Shown piece by piece: positions 42,610 through 54,760 of a DNA stretch of 64,000 nucleotides. This DNA is from Eledone cirrhosa (Eukaryota): positions 53,382,001-53,446,000 of the forward strand of contig OZ024747.1 of NCBI GenBank assembly GCA_964016885.1, given 5' to 3'. The notes under the pieces are model-generated. The model saw only the letters and a program-made list of their open reading frames with translations, was not told where the DNA came from and ran no database searches. Made by a program: the position numbers and the translations under genes. Each line of letters begins with the position of its first letter. Position 1 is the stretch's first letter.

Positions 42610-43033
42610 TCTCCATCACCACCAACACCACCATCTCCACCACCATCACAACCACTATCACCGCCACCACCACCACCACCCTCTTCACCGACACCACTAC
42701 CAACACCACCATCCCCACGACCCCCCATCACCAACAACAACAGCAACAATAACAGTGATACCAACAACCCGACTACCACCTACATCACCATCACAACCAC
42801 TACCACCGCCACCACCGCCGCCACCACCACCACCACCACCACCACCACCACCATCTTCACCGACACCACTACCAACACCACCGTCTCCCTGACCACCACC
42901 ACCAACAACAACAATGATAACAACCCAACTACCACCTACACCACCATCTCCACCACCATCACAACCACTACCACCGCCACCACCCTCTTCGCCGACACCA
43001 CTACCAACACCACCATCTCCCACGACCACCACC

Positions 43034-43066
<33 letters not shown>

Positions 43067-43900
43067 GATAACAACAACCCAACTACCACCTACATCACCA
43101 TCACAACCACTACCACCACCACCACCACCATCTTCACCGAAACCACTACCAACACCACCATCTCCACCACCATCACAACCACTACCACTACCACCATCCT
43201 CACCGACACCACTACCAACACCACCATCTCCACGACCACCACCACCAACAACAACAACAACAATGATAACAACCGAACTACCACCTACACCACCATCTCC
43301 ACCACCATCAGAACCACTACCACCAGCAACAACAAGAATAACACCAACAATAACACCACTACCACACACACAAACACCACCACTACCACCACCATTACCA
43401 ACACCACTACCACCACCACTACCACACACAAACACCACCACTACCACCACTACCACCACCATTACCAACACCACTACCACCACCACTACCACACACCAAC
43501 ACCACCACTACCACCACCATTATCAACACCACTACCAACAACACTACCACACACACAAACACCACCAGTACCAACACCATTACCACACACACAAACAGCA
43601 CCACTACCACCACCACTACCAACAACACTACCAACACCACTACCACACACACAAACTGCACCTCTACCACCACCACTGCCAACACCACTACCACCACCAA
43701 CACAACTACCACCAACACTACCACCACCAACACAACTACCACTAGCATTACCAACACCACTACCACACACAAACACCACCACTGCTACCACCACTACCAC
43801 AACTACCACTACCGTTACCAACACCACTACCACCACTACCACACACTACCAGCACAACTACCACAACTACCACAACTACCGTTACCAACACCACTACCAT
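42610..43900. repeat. (CCA/CAA/CTA) triplet-derived low-complexity array with higher-order ~120-bp units
   Basis: Direct inspection. Confidence 0.88.
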
Positions 43901-44989
43901 TAAATAATCTTATGGTCTGGGTCTATTTGATAAATATCAAACAAAGACATTTTCGAGAGTCATAAGAACTAACAGTCCACTGCCGAGAGGACCAGATTAA
44001 ATAGTCTTTCCATTTTCTTTTCTACTTTCCTCATGTTTATATTCAGAATAGAATATATAATATTTTAACATGATATCTTACTTTCTTCTTTTTGCCTTTT
44101 TCCTTTCTTTTTCTTTTCTTTCCTTTGTTTCACTCATGAGACCTTTTGTGCTCTAGAAGTATGATACATTTTCCCTGACGTCACATAAAATTCTATGTGT
44201 ACTTGTCATAGCTTAATTGTTATAAGTAATTGTTTTGTCTTGTCTCTTCCTCCACTGGACAGTGCTTTGTCTTGTGTCAGATGCTGTGATCCCCAGATGG
44301 ACCAAATTCCATCTCAACGGCTGATGAACCTAGAGTTTCGTTCTTTTGTTTGTATTTTTATTTTTTTTAAATAATTTTTTACGCTTTCCTCCAAGAAAAA
44401 GAAAAAAATTGTTTTGTTTTGTTATCATTTGCAGTCTTTTCTTCTCTTTGTTAATTTGCCTACGTTTATGTAAATCAACATAAACTGAGCTTAGCATAGA
44501 AATAAGGTCACTTGCACTGTAATATCTAGTCACTAAACATAGATGTGGTAGTGTGGTAGCCAGCAGCTAAGCCACGATTTCCAAGACGCACGCACTTACA
44601 TCCATCTGTCTATGCAACTTATGGTCAGTTTGGATCAGAAATTGGAGTAGTAGTGATGTTTGGGGAAGGTCTAGATCTCAATATATCAACAATCTTCTGC
44701 CCTATGTTTAAGCTATGAACAATTCGCTAGCAAAACAGTAAAAGCATAAACCTAGGGTAGAAAATCCTAATATCTACACTCTACTTTTAAATATAGTGTA
44801 GTAATTTGAATAATGGCATTACTAGTTTTAACTAATGACCACTCATATCTCTCTCGACACACACATCATCATCATCATCATTTTACGTCCACTTTTCCCT
44901 GCTTGCAAGGGTGGGACGGGAACTGATTCTGGCTTGATTTCTACAGCTGGATGCCCTTCCTAACACCAACCTCATTTACAGTGAGTGCT

Positions 44990-45960
44990 GCAACAAGAAG
45001 ACCAACACCAACAACAGCACTATAACCAACAACAACAAGACCAACACCAACAACAGCACCATCACCGACAACAACAAGACCAACACCAACAACAGCACTA
45101 TAACCAACAACAACAAGACCAACACCAACAACAGCACCATCACCAACAACAACAAGACCAACACCAACAACAGCACTATAACCAACAACAACAAGACCAA
45201 CACCAACAACAGCACCATCACAAACAACAACAACACCAACATCAACAACAGCACCATCACCAACAACAACAAGACCAACACCAACAACAGCACCATCACC
45301 AACAACAACAAGACCAACACCAACAACAGCACCATAACTAACAACAACAAGACCAACACCAACAACAGCACCATCACCAACAACAACAAGACCAACAACA
45401 GCACCGTCACCAACAACAACAAGACCAACAACAACAACAGCACTATCACCAACAACAACAAGACCAACACCAACAACAGCACCATCACCAACAACAACAA
45501 GACCAACACCAACAACAGCACCATCACCAACAACAAGACCACACCAACACCAACAACAGCACCATCACCAACAACAAGACCAACAACAGCATCACCACCA
45601 ACAACAACAAGACCAACACCAACAACAGGAACAGCACCATCAACAACAACAGGAACAACACCAACAACAGCATCACCACCAACAACAACAAGACCAACAC
45701 CAACAACAGCATCACCAACAACAACAGTACCATCAACAACAACAGGAACAACACCAACAACAGCATCATCACCAACAACAACAAGACCAACACCAACAAG
45801 AGCACTATCACCAACAACAACAAGAACAACACCAACATCAGCACCATCACTAACAACAACAAGGCCAACACCAACAACAATAAAAACTCCCAAAATAGTA
45901 ACAATAACAACAGTAACAATAACAACAGTAACAACAACTGTAACAGCAACAACAACAGTA
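44990..45960. repeat. 39-bp minisatellite (accaacaacaacaagaccaacaccaacaacagcaccatc) following a truncated SINE B tail (44865-44990)
   Basis: Direct inspection. Confidence 0.88.
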
Positions 45961-46333
45961 ACAATAATTTATAATAAAAACCATCCTGTTAAGTAGTGGA
46001 GTAAAACTTTTATTGATCCTGTGACTCACACCTTAGGGTCTAATGCATTGATTCAACCAAGTTCTATTGTAAAAAGTACCAAACCAGTTTTTCTATTCGT
46101 TGAAACAGTGAAACACGGGAGTAAGGTGACCTATCTTTAATTTATAGATCAATTTTTTCTACAATCTATTTAACAATGCTTTGTCTATGATTTATGAGTA
46201 AAAAATAAAAATAAAAATAAAAATAAAAATAAAAATAAAAATAAAAATAAAAATGATAAAAGTATAAAAAGGATACTCCCCCCCCCCAAACAATTATATA
46301 CATATATATATACATATACATACATACATATAT

Positions 46334-46366
<33 letters not shown>

Positions 46367-46442
46367 TGTATATGTATGTATATGTATATATATAAATATA
46401 TATATATATATATGTATATATGTATATATATATGTATGTGTG

Positions 46443-46483
<41 letters not shown>

Positions 46484-46598
46484 ACTATTTTAGCTTCACT
46501 ATTTGGACTATGTTCAAACAAAGAAAATAATACAATTTTATTTTTATCTTCCTTTTTTTCATTTATTTATTTGATAGATTTTATTTATATATTTATTC

Positions 46599-46658
<60 letters not shown>

Positions 46659-47484
46659 TTCATTATCATTATTTGTATTATTAGCATTATCAGTAATATT
46701 ATCGTTATATTGTTTTCTTAATTTTCTATATTTATTTGGTAGTTTTTCTACATATTTATTATTTTATTAATTTTTTTATTATTATTATATGTTCATTACT
46801 ATTGTTATTATTACTATTGTTGTTGTTGTTATATATGTTTTTTCTTCTGTTGATAGGGGAAGGAAGGAGGTTTTTTTTATGTTTTTGAGTGGAGTCACGA
46901 CACTTTAGAGTTGGCAGCCATTTTGTTTAAACTTCACAAAGGTAGGTACAATTGGTAGGTGCCAGGTAGGTAGGCAGGCAGGTGAGAGCCGGGTAGGTAG
47001 ATGGGTAGGTAGGGGTAGGTTAGTAGGTAGGGGTAGGTTGTTAGGTAGTGGGGGAGGGGGGGTCGTATGCGGCACGCCTGCCTAACGCCTATTCCTCATC
47101 AATTTAATTATTCATCTCCACCTCCCAGCTAGTAAACCCTGACTGGTGCATGGGGGGGGGGGAGCATGAGGGTGGTAGTGGGCAAATAGAGAAGTGGGTT
47201 GCAGGGAGAGGAGGGCTGTAATATATTGATCCGGGCTGGACTGTCATGACCCCATTTTTGTTTTTTTTAAATAAAAGAAGAAAAAGAAGAAAATCATGCA
47301 TCATGCATGACTGCCTATGCTGCAGGTGTTCAGAGTTCAAGCCCTGGGATAGTTGCTTCATATTTTCTTCTGTCCCCTTCTACACCTCCCCACCCCTCAC
47401 TTTAATGTCTACCTGAATTGTTTTGATGTATTTTCAACCTTGCAGAATATCGACTGACAACAATTTGATGATCTTTTATATATT

Positions 47485-47654
47485 ATTATCATCACCATCA
47501 TCATTTCCATCATCATCATTTCCAACATCATCATTTCCATCATCATCATTTCCAACATCATCACCATCATCATCATTCCCATCATCAACATTCCCATTAT
47601 CATCATCACCGTCACCATCATCACCAAACCCATCATCATTACTATCATCATTCC

Positions 47655-47698
<44 letters not shown>

Positions 47699-48430
47699 AT
47701 CTCATCATCATCATCATCATCACCATCATCACCATCATCACCATCACCATCATCATCATCGTCATCATCACCCTAATCATCAATCTCATCATCATCATCA
47801 TCATCACCATCACCATCATCACCATCACCATCGTCATCATCACCCTAATCATCAATCTCATCATCAGCACCATCACCATCATCAACATCATCACCATCAT
47901 ACCCATCATCACCATCATCATCATCATCATCATCACATCATCACCATCATACCCATCATCACCATCATCATCATCATCATCATCGCCATCACCATCACCA
48001 TCATCATCACCATCATACCCATCATCACCATCACCACCATCATCATCATCATCACCATCACAATCATACCCATCATCACCATCACCACCATCATCATCAT
48101 CAACATCATCACCACCATCATACCCATCATCACCATCACCACCATCATCATCATCATCATCACCATCACAATCGTACCCATCATCACCATCACCATCACC
48201 ATCATCAACATCATCACCATCATACCCATCATCACCATCATCATCATCATCACCATCATACCCATCATCACCATCACCACCATCATCATCACCATCATCA
48301 TCATCAACATCATCACCATCACCACCATCATCATCATCAACATCATCACCACCATCATACCCATCATCACCACCATCATCATCATCATCATCAACACCAT
48401 CATACCCATCATCACCATCACCATCATCAT
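47485..48430. repeat. (ATC)n/(ACC)n microsatellite array
   Basis: Direct inspection. It is the source of the poly-Met ORFs. Confidence 0.95.
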
Positions 48431-48705
48431 GGCTATCATTAATCCCATCATGTCTCTCTCAATATAACACTTTACATGGTGATGATGATCATCATTGTCT
48501 TGATCACAATATTGACAATATTGCTGATGATGATGATAATGAATATCCTATCCTCATTAGGATTTTAATCATAATCATCTTCCTAGTCATCACCATCATC
48601 ACCATCATCCCCATCATCATTGTTCTCATCATATATTTATATTTCTCATTTCCTTTAATCTTGACCCTTATTGTATTAGAGAAAAGAAGGAATAAAGTAG
48701 AAGGG

Positions 48706-48772
<67 letters not shown>

Positions 48773-48812
48773 ATGTATGTATGTATATATGTATGTATGT
48801 ATGTATATATGC

Positions 48813-48876
<64 letters not shown>

Positions 48877-48907
48877 AGATCAAAAGATGGTTAAATGAGT
48901 TCCATGT

Positions 48908-48976
48908 ATTTTATTATGCGCATTTCAAAAACAAACATCATCATGCAATAATATTTGTGTTTTCATCAGATAAAAC
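48908..48976 (-). ncRNA. Type-I hammerhead ribozyme (mirror copy)
   Basis: Reverse complement of 49097-49165. Confidence 0.8.
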
Positions 48977-49096
48977 AGGAGAACATGATATAAAGGTTAA
49001 AAAACACTTGTGGATAGTGCAGTTTTAAATCAACATATGTTGATTTAAAACTGCACTATCCACAAGTGTTTTTTAACCTTCATATCATGTTCTCCT

Positions 49097-49165
49097 GTTT
49101 TATCTGATGAAAACACAAATATTATTGCATGATGATGTTTGTTTTTGAAATGCGCATAATAAAAT
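49097..49165 (+). ncRNA. Type-I hammerhead ribozyme
   Basis: gttttat-CTGATGA-aaacacaaatatta...tgatgtttgttttt-GAAA-TGCGCA-TA-ataaaat. Palindromic stem III ATGCGCAT. Confidence 0.82.
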
Positions 49166-49196
49166 ACATGGAACTCATTTAACCATCTTTTGATCT

Positions 49197-49244
<48 letters not shown>

Positions 49245-49251
<7 letters not shown>

Positions 49252-49420
49252 TATGTATACGTACATCCATATATGTATACAGACGTACAGTAGTATGTAT
49301 ATATATATACATACTACTGTACGTCTGTATACATATATGGATGTACGTATACATACTTATATTTAAGTAACAGCCGTACTAAGAGTGAGAAATGAAATTT
49401 TGTTTCATTTTTTCCGTTTA
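49245..49420. mobile_element. Truncated fold-back copy of the 2189-2773 element family
   Basis: Palindrome 49245-49362. 49310-49420 matches 2297-2408. Confidence 0.8.
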
Positions 49421-49644
49421 TATATATATATATATATATATATAACAATATATTTAGAAACACACAGATACATGCGGACACACACATATATACATGAATG
49501 CATCCGCACCCAACTGTGAGTTAAGGGTGCCAACTTCACCGATGTTGCTCAATGAATTATATCGCGTGACTATCTCCCCCTCCGCCTTTTGGGATTCTTT
49601 CTCACGTCGTGTAGACGCGTTCTTGAGACTAGTAAAATGAGGTA

Positions 49645-49732
49645 TCCTCTTGATAAGTCGGCAGACCTCGCAAGGACTCTATATCTTTGATATATTGTTT
49701 TTGTTTATGCCACGAAACTACGTAGTCGAGGA
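49645..49732 (+). ncRNA. Type-I hammerhead ribozyme, U3-A8 core variant
   Basis: tcctc-TTGATAA-gt(c)ggca...tgccac-GAAA-CTACGTAG-TC-gagga. Palindromic stem III ACTACGTAGT, GUC site. Confidence 0.75.
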
Positions 49733-50237
49733 ATTTAGGAGCAGCTTAGGTATGATACTTTTTATTACTAATTATATCTAAATGTTTCTTCTCTCTTCAT
49801 AACGTATTTTTAACTCTGATACTGGTTCAGTCTAGTTCAACTGAATTGGTCTGTCCCGGTCATTCATTGAGCAACATCGGTGAAGTTGGCACCCTTAACT
49901 CACAGTTGGGTGCGGATGCATTCATGTATATATGTGTGTGTCCGCATGTATCTGTGTGTTTCTAAATATATTGTTAATAACTCCCTCTGGTCGAGCAATC
50001 TTTGAAGTGTGGGGACAACTGGAAAGCTTCCATTACTCATACTTTTCGCCTTCTTCACCACCTCTTCTACGGCCTCGATATGAATGCCCCCTCCGCCTCC
50101 GTGGTATTTTCTTCGTGGTTATAAGAGGCTTAGCTCTGTTTCTCGACCGTTGTATCGCGTGACTATCTCCCCCTCCGCCTTTTGGGATTCTTTCTCACGT
50201 CGTGTAGACGCGTTCTTGAGACTAGTAAAATGAGGTA

Positions 50238-50325
50238 TCCTCTTGATAAGTCGGCAGACCTCGCAAGGACTCTATATCTTTGATATATTGTTTTTGTTTA
50301 TGCCACGAAACTACGTAGTCGAGGA
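50238..50325 (+). ncRNA. Type-I hammerhead ribozyme, U3-A8 core variant (second copy)
   Basis: Identical to 49645-49732. Confidence 0.75.
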
Positions 50326-50394
50326 ATTTAGGAGCAGCTTAGGTATGATACTTTTTATTACTAATTATATCTAAATGTTTCTTCTCTCTTCATA

Positions 50395-50465
<71 letters not shown>

Positions 50466-50507
50466 TTCAAGATATTAACAAAAATAGAACTTCATTGTGA
50501 TCAAGTA

Positions 50508-50574
50508 TATTTTATTATACATATTTCAGAGGTACTGAGTTAACTTCAACAGTACATCCTCATCAGATAAAATA
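50508..50574 (-). ncRNA. Type-I hammerhead ribozyme, relative of the 20166 family
   Basis: Minus strand: tattttat-CTGATGA-ggatgtactg...cagtacctct-GAAA-TATGTA-TA-ataaaata. Confidence 0.8.
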
Positions 50575-50639
50575 AGATGATGCATGACAAACCCTGACAT
50601 AGTAGATGGTTAAGATCCAGTCATGGTAGTCTCTATCCA

Positions 50640-51260
50640 TCATCACTGTTTTACGTCCGTTCTTCCATGCTAGCATGGGTTAGACGGGTTGTCCTGTTGT
50701 GGGCAGTAGCCGGTCTGCTGACCATGCCTTGCTCATACGGGAACTGATTTTGGCTTGATTTCTACAGTTGGATGCCCTTCCTAACACCAACCTCATTTAC
50801 AGTGAGTGCTGGGTGCTTTTTCCGTGGCGCCTACACGTCCACTTTACAGTGTGGGCTGGGTGCTTTTTTGCCGTGGCACCTCCACGACCACTTTGCAGTG
50901 GGAGGGTGTGGGGCATATTGTCTATATGCTTCAGCTTGTACCCATGGGAGGTCGGGTACTCTGTATTACTGCGTGACGCCAGAGGTCACGGTCATGTGTC
51001 ATTGCCTTTGAGAGGTGCAATTGGGTAAGGTCGGCTTTTATCACCTCATCCCAAGTCTTCTTGGGTCTCCCCACTCCGCAGTTTCCATTGGCTTCTAGTG
51101 CTCTGCACCTTTTTATGCAGCTGTCATCCTTCATACACATCACATGTCCATACCAATGCAACCGCCGCTCCTGCACACAGCATTTGATTACTCTTATGCT
51201 CAGTCTCTCTCTCAATTCATTTATGCTTTGTCGTTCGCGTATATTACTATTACACATCCA
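50640..51260 (-). mobile_element. RTE LINE 3' end (same family as 6910-9190)
   Basis: ORF 50931-51257 ERRLHWYGHVMCM...GRPKKTW plus the 3' UTR. Confidence 0.92.
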
Positions 51261-51270
51261 TTGTAAAGTT

Positions 51271-51941
51271 ATACCAAGTTCAAACCACAGTAGCTATACT
51301 ATAGTTAGATATACCAAGTTCAAACCACAGTAGCTATACTATAGTTAGATATACCAAGTTCAAATCACAGTAGCTATACTATAGTTAGATATACCAAGTT
51401 CAAACCACAGTAGCTATACTATAGATATATCAAGTTCAAACCACAGTAGCTATACTATGGTTAGATATACCAAGTTCAAACCACAGTAGCTATACTATAG
51501 TTAGATATACCAAGTTCAAACCACAGTAGCTATACTATAGTTAGATATACCAAGTTCAAACCACAGTAGCTATACTATAGTTAGATATACCAAGTTCAAA
51601 CCACAGTAGCTATAATATGGTTAGATATACCAAGTTCAAACCACAGTAGCTATACTATAGTTAGATATACCAAATTCAAACCACAGTAGCTATACTATAG
51701 TTAGATATACCAAGTTCAAACCACAGTAGCTATAATATGGTTAGATATACCAAGTTCAAACCACAGTAGCTATACTATAGATATATCAAGTTCAAACCAC
51801 AGTAGCTATACTATAGATATATCAAGTTCAAACCACAGTAGCTATACTATAGATATATCAAGTTCAAACCACAGTAGCTATACTATAGTTAGATATATCA
51901 AGTTCAAACCATGGTAGCTATACTGTAGTTAGATATACCAA
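51271..51941. repeat. 40-bp minisatellite (~17 units, some 36-bp variants), degenerating to ~52370
   Basis: Unit ATACCAAGTTCAAACCACAGTAGCTATACTATAGTTAGAT in head-to-tail array, with no unique spacers. Confidence 0.95.
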
Positions 51942-52665
51942 GGTTTTAAGTTTAAATCAGAATATATCTATTATTGTTTGGTGTATCAAAGTATCAACAC
52001 CAGCCCACAATTATTATATAATAATGTTTCAATATTAAACCACAGTAGTTATACTTAAGTTAGATGTATCAAGTTCAAACCAGAGTAGCTATACTAAAGT
52101 TAGTTATATCAAGGTTTCAAGTCTAAATCACAGTAGCTATATTATAGTTAGTTATATCAAGTTCAAACCAGAATATATCTATTATTGTTTGGTATATCAA
52201 ACTATCAACTTCAACTCACAACTATTACATAACTGTGTTTGAATGTTAAAGCACAGCAACTATACTATTGTTAGATATATCAAAGCTTCAATTCTTGACT
52301 AAGGTAATTCTATTATAGTTTGGTATACCGACATTTACTTACAGATCAAAGCAGTTCTATTATAGTTAGATATATATGAATGTTTCAAATGGAAGCCATG
52401 GCAGATGTAGTTAGACAAATTGTATGTTAAAGCCTCAGCCACGCAATTATGATTAGATATAGTTTAAATAATGGCCTGTCTATACTAGTTGTAGTTTTTA
52501 ACAATGTAACAAAAGATGCTTCATGTAACAACAGTTAGTATCAGTACATATAGTTGCTTTATCAAGTAGCATCTCTTCAAAGTTGTTTCAATCTTGTTTG
52601 CGTCACCCATTTCTATTCCTTCTAAGGAGGACCATGTAGCTCAGAGTTTTGTTAAACACTTTATT

Positions 52666-52816
52666 TCACATAATATCTTACATAATATCGAATCTACAAG
52701 ATTTTGACACTATTTATTTTGAGAACAATTATGAACAGCCAGTTATAGCCAGTTTGAACAGAAAGAGGTGAGAGAATTCTGGCCGGATATGGCTGGTTTA
52801 AATGCTGAAGGGTTAA
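52666..52816. mobile_element. Partial copy of the TTAA MITE at 577-777
   Basis: Matches 637-781 and ends taaatgctgaaggg-TTAA. Confidence 0.75.
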
Positions 52817-53358
52817 ATGAAGTCTTTGTCTTGTAAGTTTGGCTTCTTCCTTGAGAACACTCTGTAAGAGAGCATGTGAAGTGTGTGGCTCTGAAGCATT
52901 CTTGCAATATGTCCAGCGCATCAGGAAATGGTGATAGGGATAGTAAATCATTCTGTCTGTCTCTTTATCCTTCTCTTTCTCCTTCTGTCTCCGTCTCTCT
53001 GTCTGTCCACTCCTCTCTATATATCTTACTTTCTCTTTCATCCACTCCCTCTGCTTGTCTGTTCCTTCTTCACTTTCTCTATCTTTCTGTCTGACTCCTC
53101 CTCTCCAACTTTCTCTCTCTTTTTCTCTGTCCCCTCCTATCACCCCCCCCCCCCACCACTCTCCCATTAAACTGAACAGTTCATTGTTTTAAGTCTTAAC
53201 CTTTTGGACAACACCCAGTTTCACACCCACACATAAATATATATATATGTATATACATATATATGTGCACCCATATAAACACAAAAGTACATAAGCACAC
53301 ACATGTATAGACACATACATAAACATACATAAATAAACACAAAAATACATACACACAA

Positions 53359-53408
<50 letters not shown>

Positions 53409-53878
53409 GCATGCTTACATGGATGTATAGACACATAAATAAACACACACAAATATGCATATACACATATGTATATACAGATACATACATAGGCACACAC
53501 AAACATGCACATACGTATTGACACATACATACACAAACACAAATACACACAAAAATGCATACACATATATATAGACATACAAATACATGTACACACAAAC
53601 ATGCATACACACATATATGTATATACAGATGCATACATGGGCACACACAAATGCACACAAAAATACACACACACACATATGTATAGACACATGCATACAC
53701 ACAAAAATGCATACACACATATGTATATGCACATGCCTCCATGCATGTATAGACACATATATTAACACACAAAAATACATACAGACATATGTATATAAAC
53801 ATGCATAGATGTCTATAAATACACACAAAAATACATACACACATATGTATATATACATATGCATATATAGACACATAT

Positions 53879-54223
53879 GGAGGCACATGGCTTAGTGGTT
53901 AGATAGAACATTGGCCTTGCAATCGAAAGGTTGTGAGTTCAATTCTCAGACCGGGTGATGTGTTGTTTCCTTCAGCAAGACACTTTATTTCACATTGCTC
54001 CAGTTTACTCAGCTGTAGAAATGAGATGATAGGGACTGGGGCCCATATCATTCCACGGCAAAGTGGTCGTGGAGGTGCCACGGCAAAAAAAGCACCCAGC
54101 ACTCACTGTAAATGAGGTTGGTGTTAGGAAGGGCATCCAGCTGTAGAAATCAAGCCAAATCAATTCCCGTCCCACCCTTGCAAGCAGGGAAAAGCGGGCG
54201 TAAAATGGTGATGATGATGATGA
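53879..54223 (+). mobile_element. SINE family B copy
   Basis: Near-identical to 17923-18275. Confidence 0.88.
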
Positions 54224-54317
54224 TATAAATACATACATATATATAGAGACATGTTTAGACACATAAATACACACACAAATGCACACACACGTATGTATAT
54301 ACACACAAGCATATCGT

Positions 54318-54760
54318 CATCATCATCACCGTATTACATCTGTTCTTCTATGCTAGCATGGGTTAGACTGGTTGTCCTGTTGTGGGCAGTATGCCTTGCT
54401 CATATGGGAACCGATTCTGGCTTGATTTCTACAGCTGGATGCCCTTCCTAACACCAACCTCATTTACAGTGAGTGCTGGGTGCTTTTTCTTTTCCGTGGC
54501 GCCTACACGTCTACTTTACAGTGTGGGTAGGGTGCTTTTTTTCCGTGGCGCCTACAGGTCTACTTTACAGTGTGGGTAGGGTGCTTTTTTTCCCTGGCGC
54601 CTACACGTCCACTTTACAGTGTGGGCTGGGTGCTTTTTTTTTCCGTGGTGCCTACACGTCCACTTTACAGTGTGGGCTGGGTGCTTTTTTTGCCGTGGCA
54701 CCTCCCCGACCACTTTACAGTGGGAGGGTGTGGGGGTATATTGTCTATATACTTCAGCTT
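54318..54760 (-). mobile_element. RTE 3' UTR fragment with an internal ~49-bp unit expanded 4-5 times
   Basis: gggtgctttttttccgtggcgcctacacgtc.actttacagtgtggg is repeated. Confidence 0.8.

Larger units (their letters stand above)
48871..49202. mobile_element. Near-perfect spacer-less palindrome (166-bp arms) with one hammerhead per strand, embedded in (TA)n
   Basis: Centre CAACAT|ATGTTG at 49036/49037. One mismatch seen. (TA)n on both sides. Confidence 0.92.
49443..50400 (+). mobile_element. ORF-less retrozyme/Penelope-like element: 115-bp inverted leader plus two 243-bp direct repeats, each with a hammerhead (593-bp period)
   Basis: 49443-49557 is the reverse complement of 49862-49976. 49560-49802 = 50153-50395. 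(TA)n on both sides. Confidence 0.85.

Noticed and set aside
44253-44326. Possible plus-strand terminal exon (LCLVSDAVIPRWTKFHLNG*) after a pyrimidine tract
   Set aside because: Too short, and there are no partner exons or homology evidence.
46915-47070. YY1-like GCCATTTT and a (GGTA)n G-rich tract as promoter or G-quadruplex
   Set aside because: Such short motifs are expected by chance in this repeat-rich sequence, and there is no associated gene.
51271-51941. CRISPR-like 36-40-bp periodic array
   Set aside because: Units are head-to-tail with no unique spacers, there are no cas genes, and the context is eukaryotic. It is a minisatellite.
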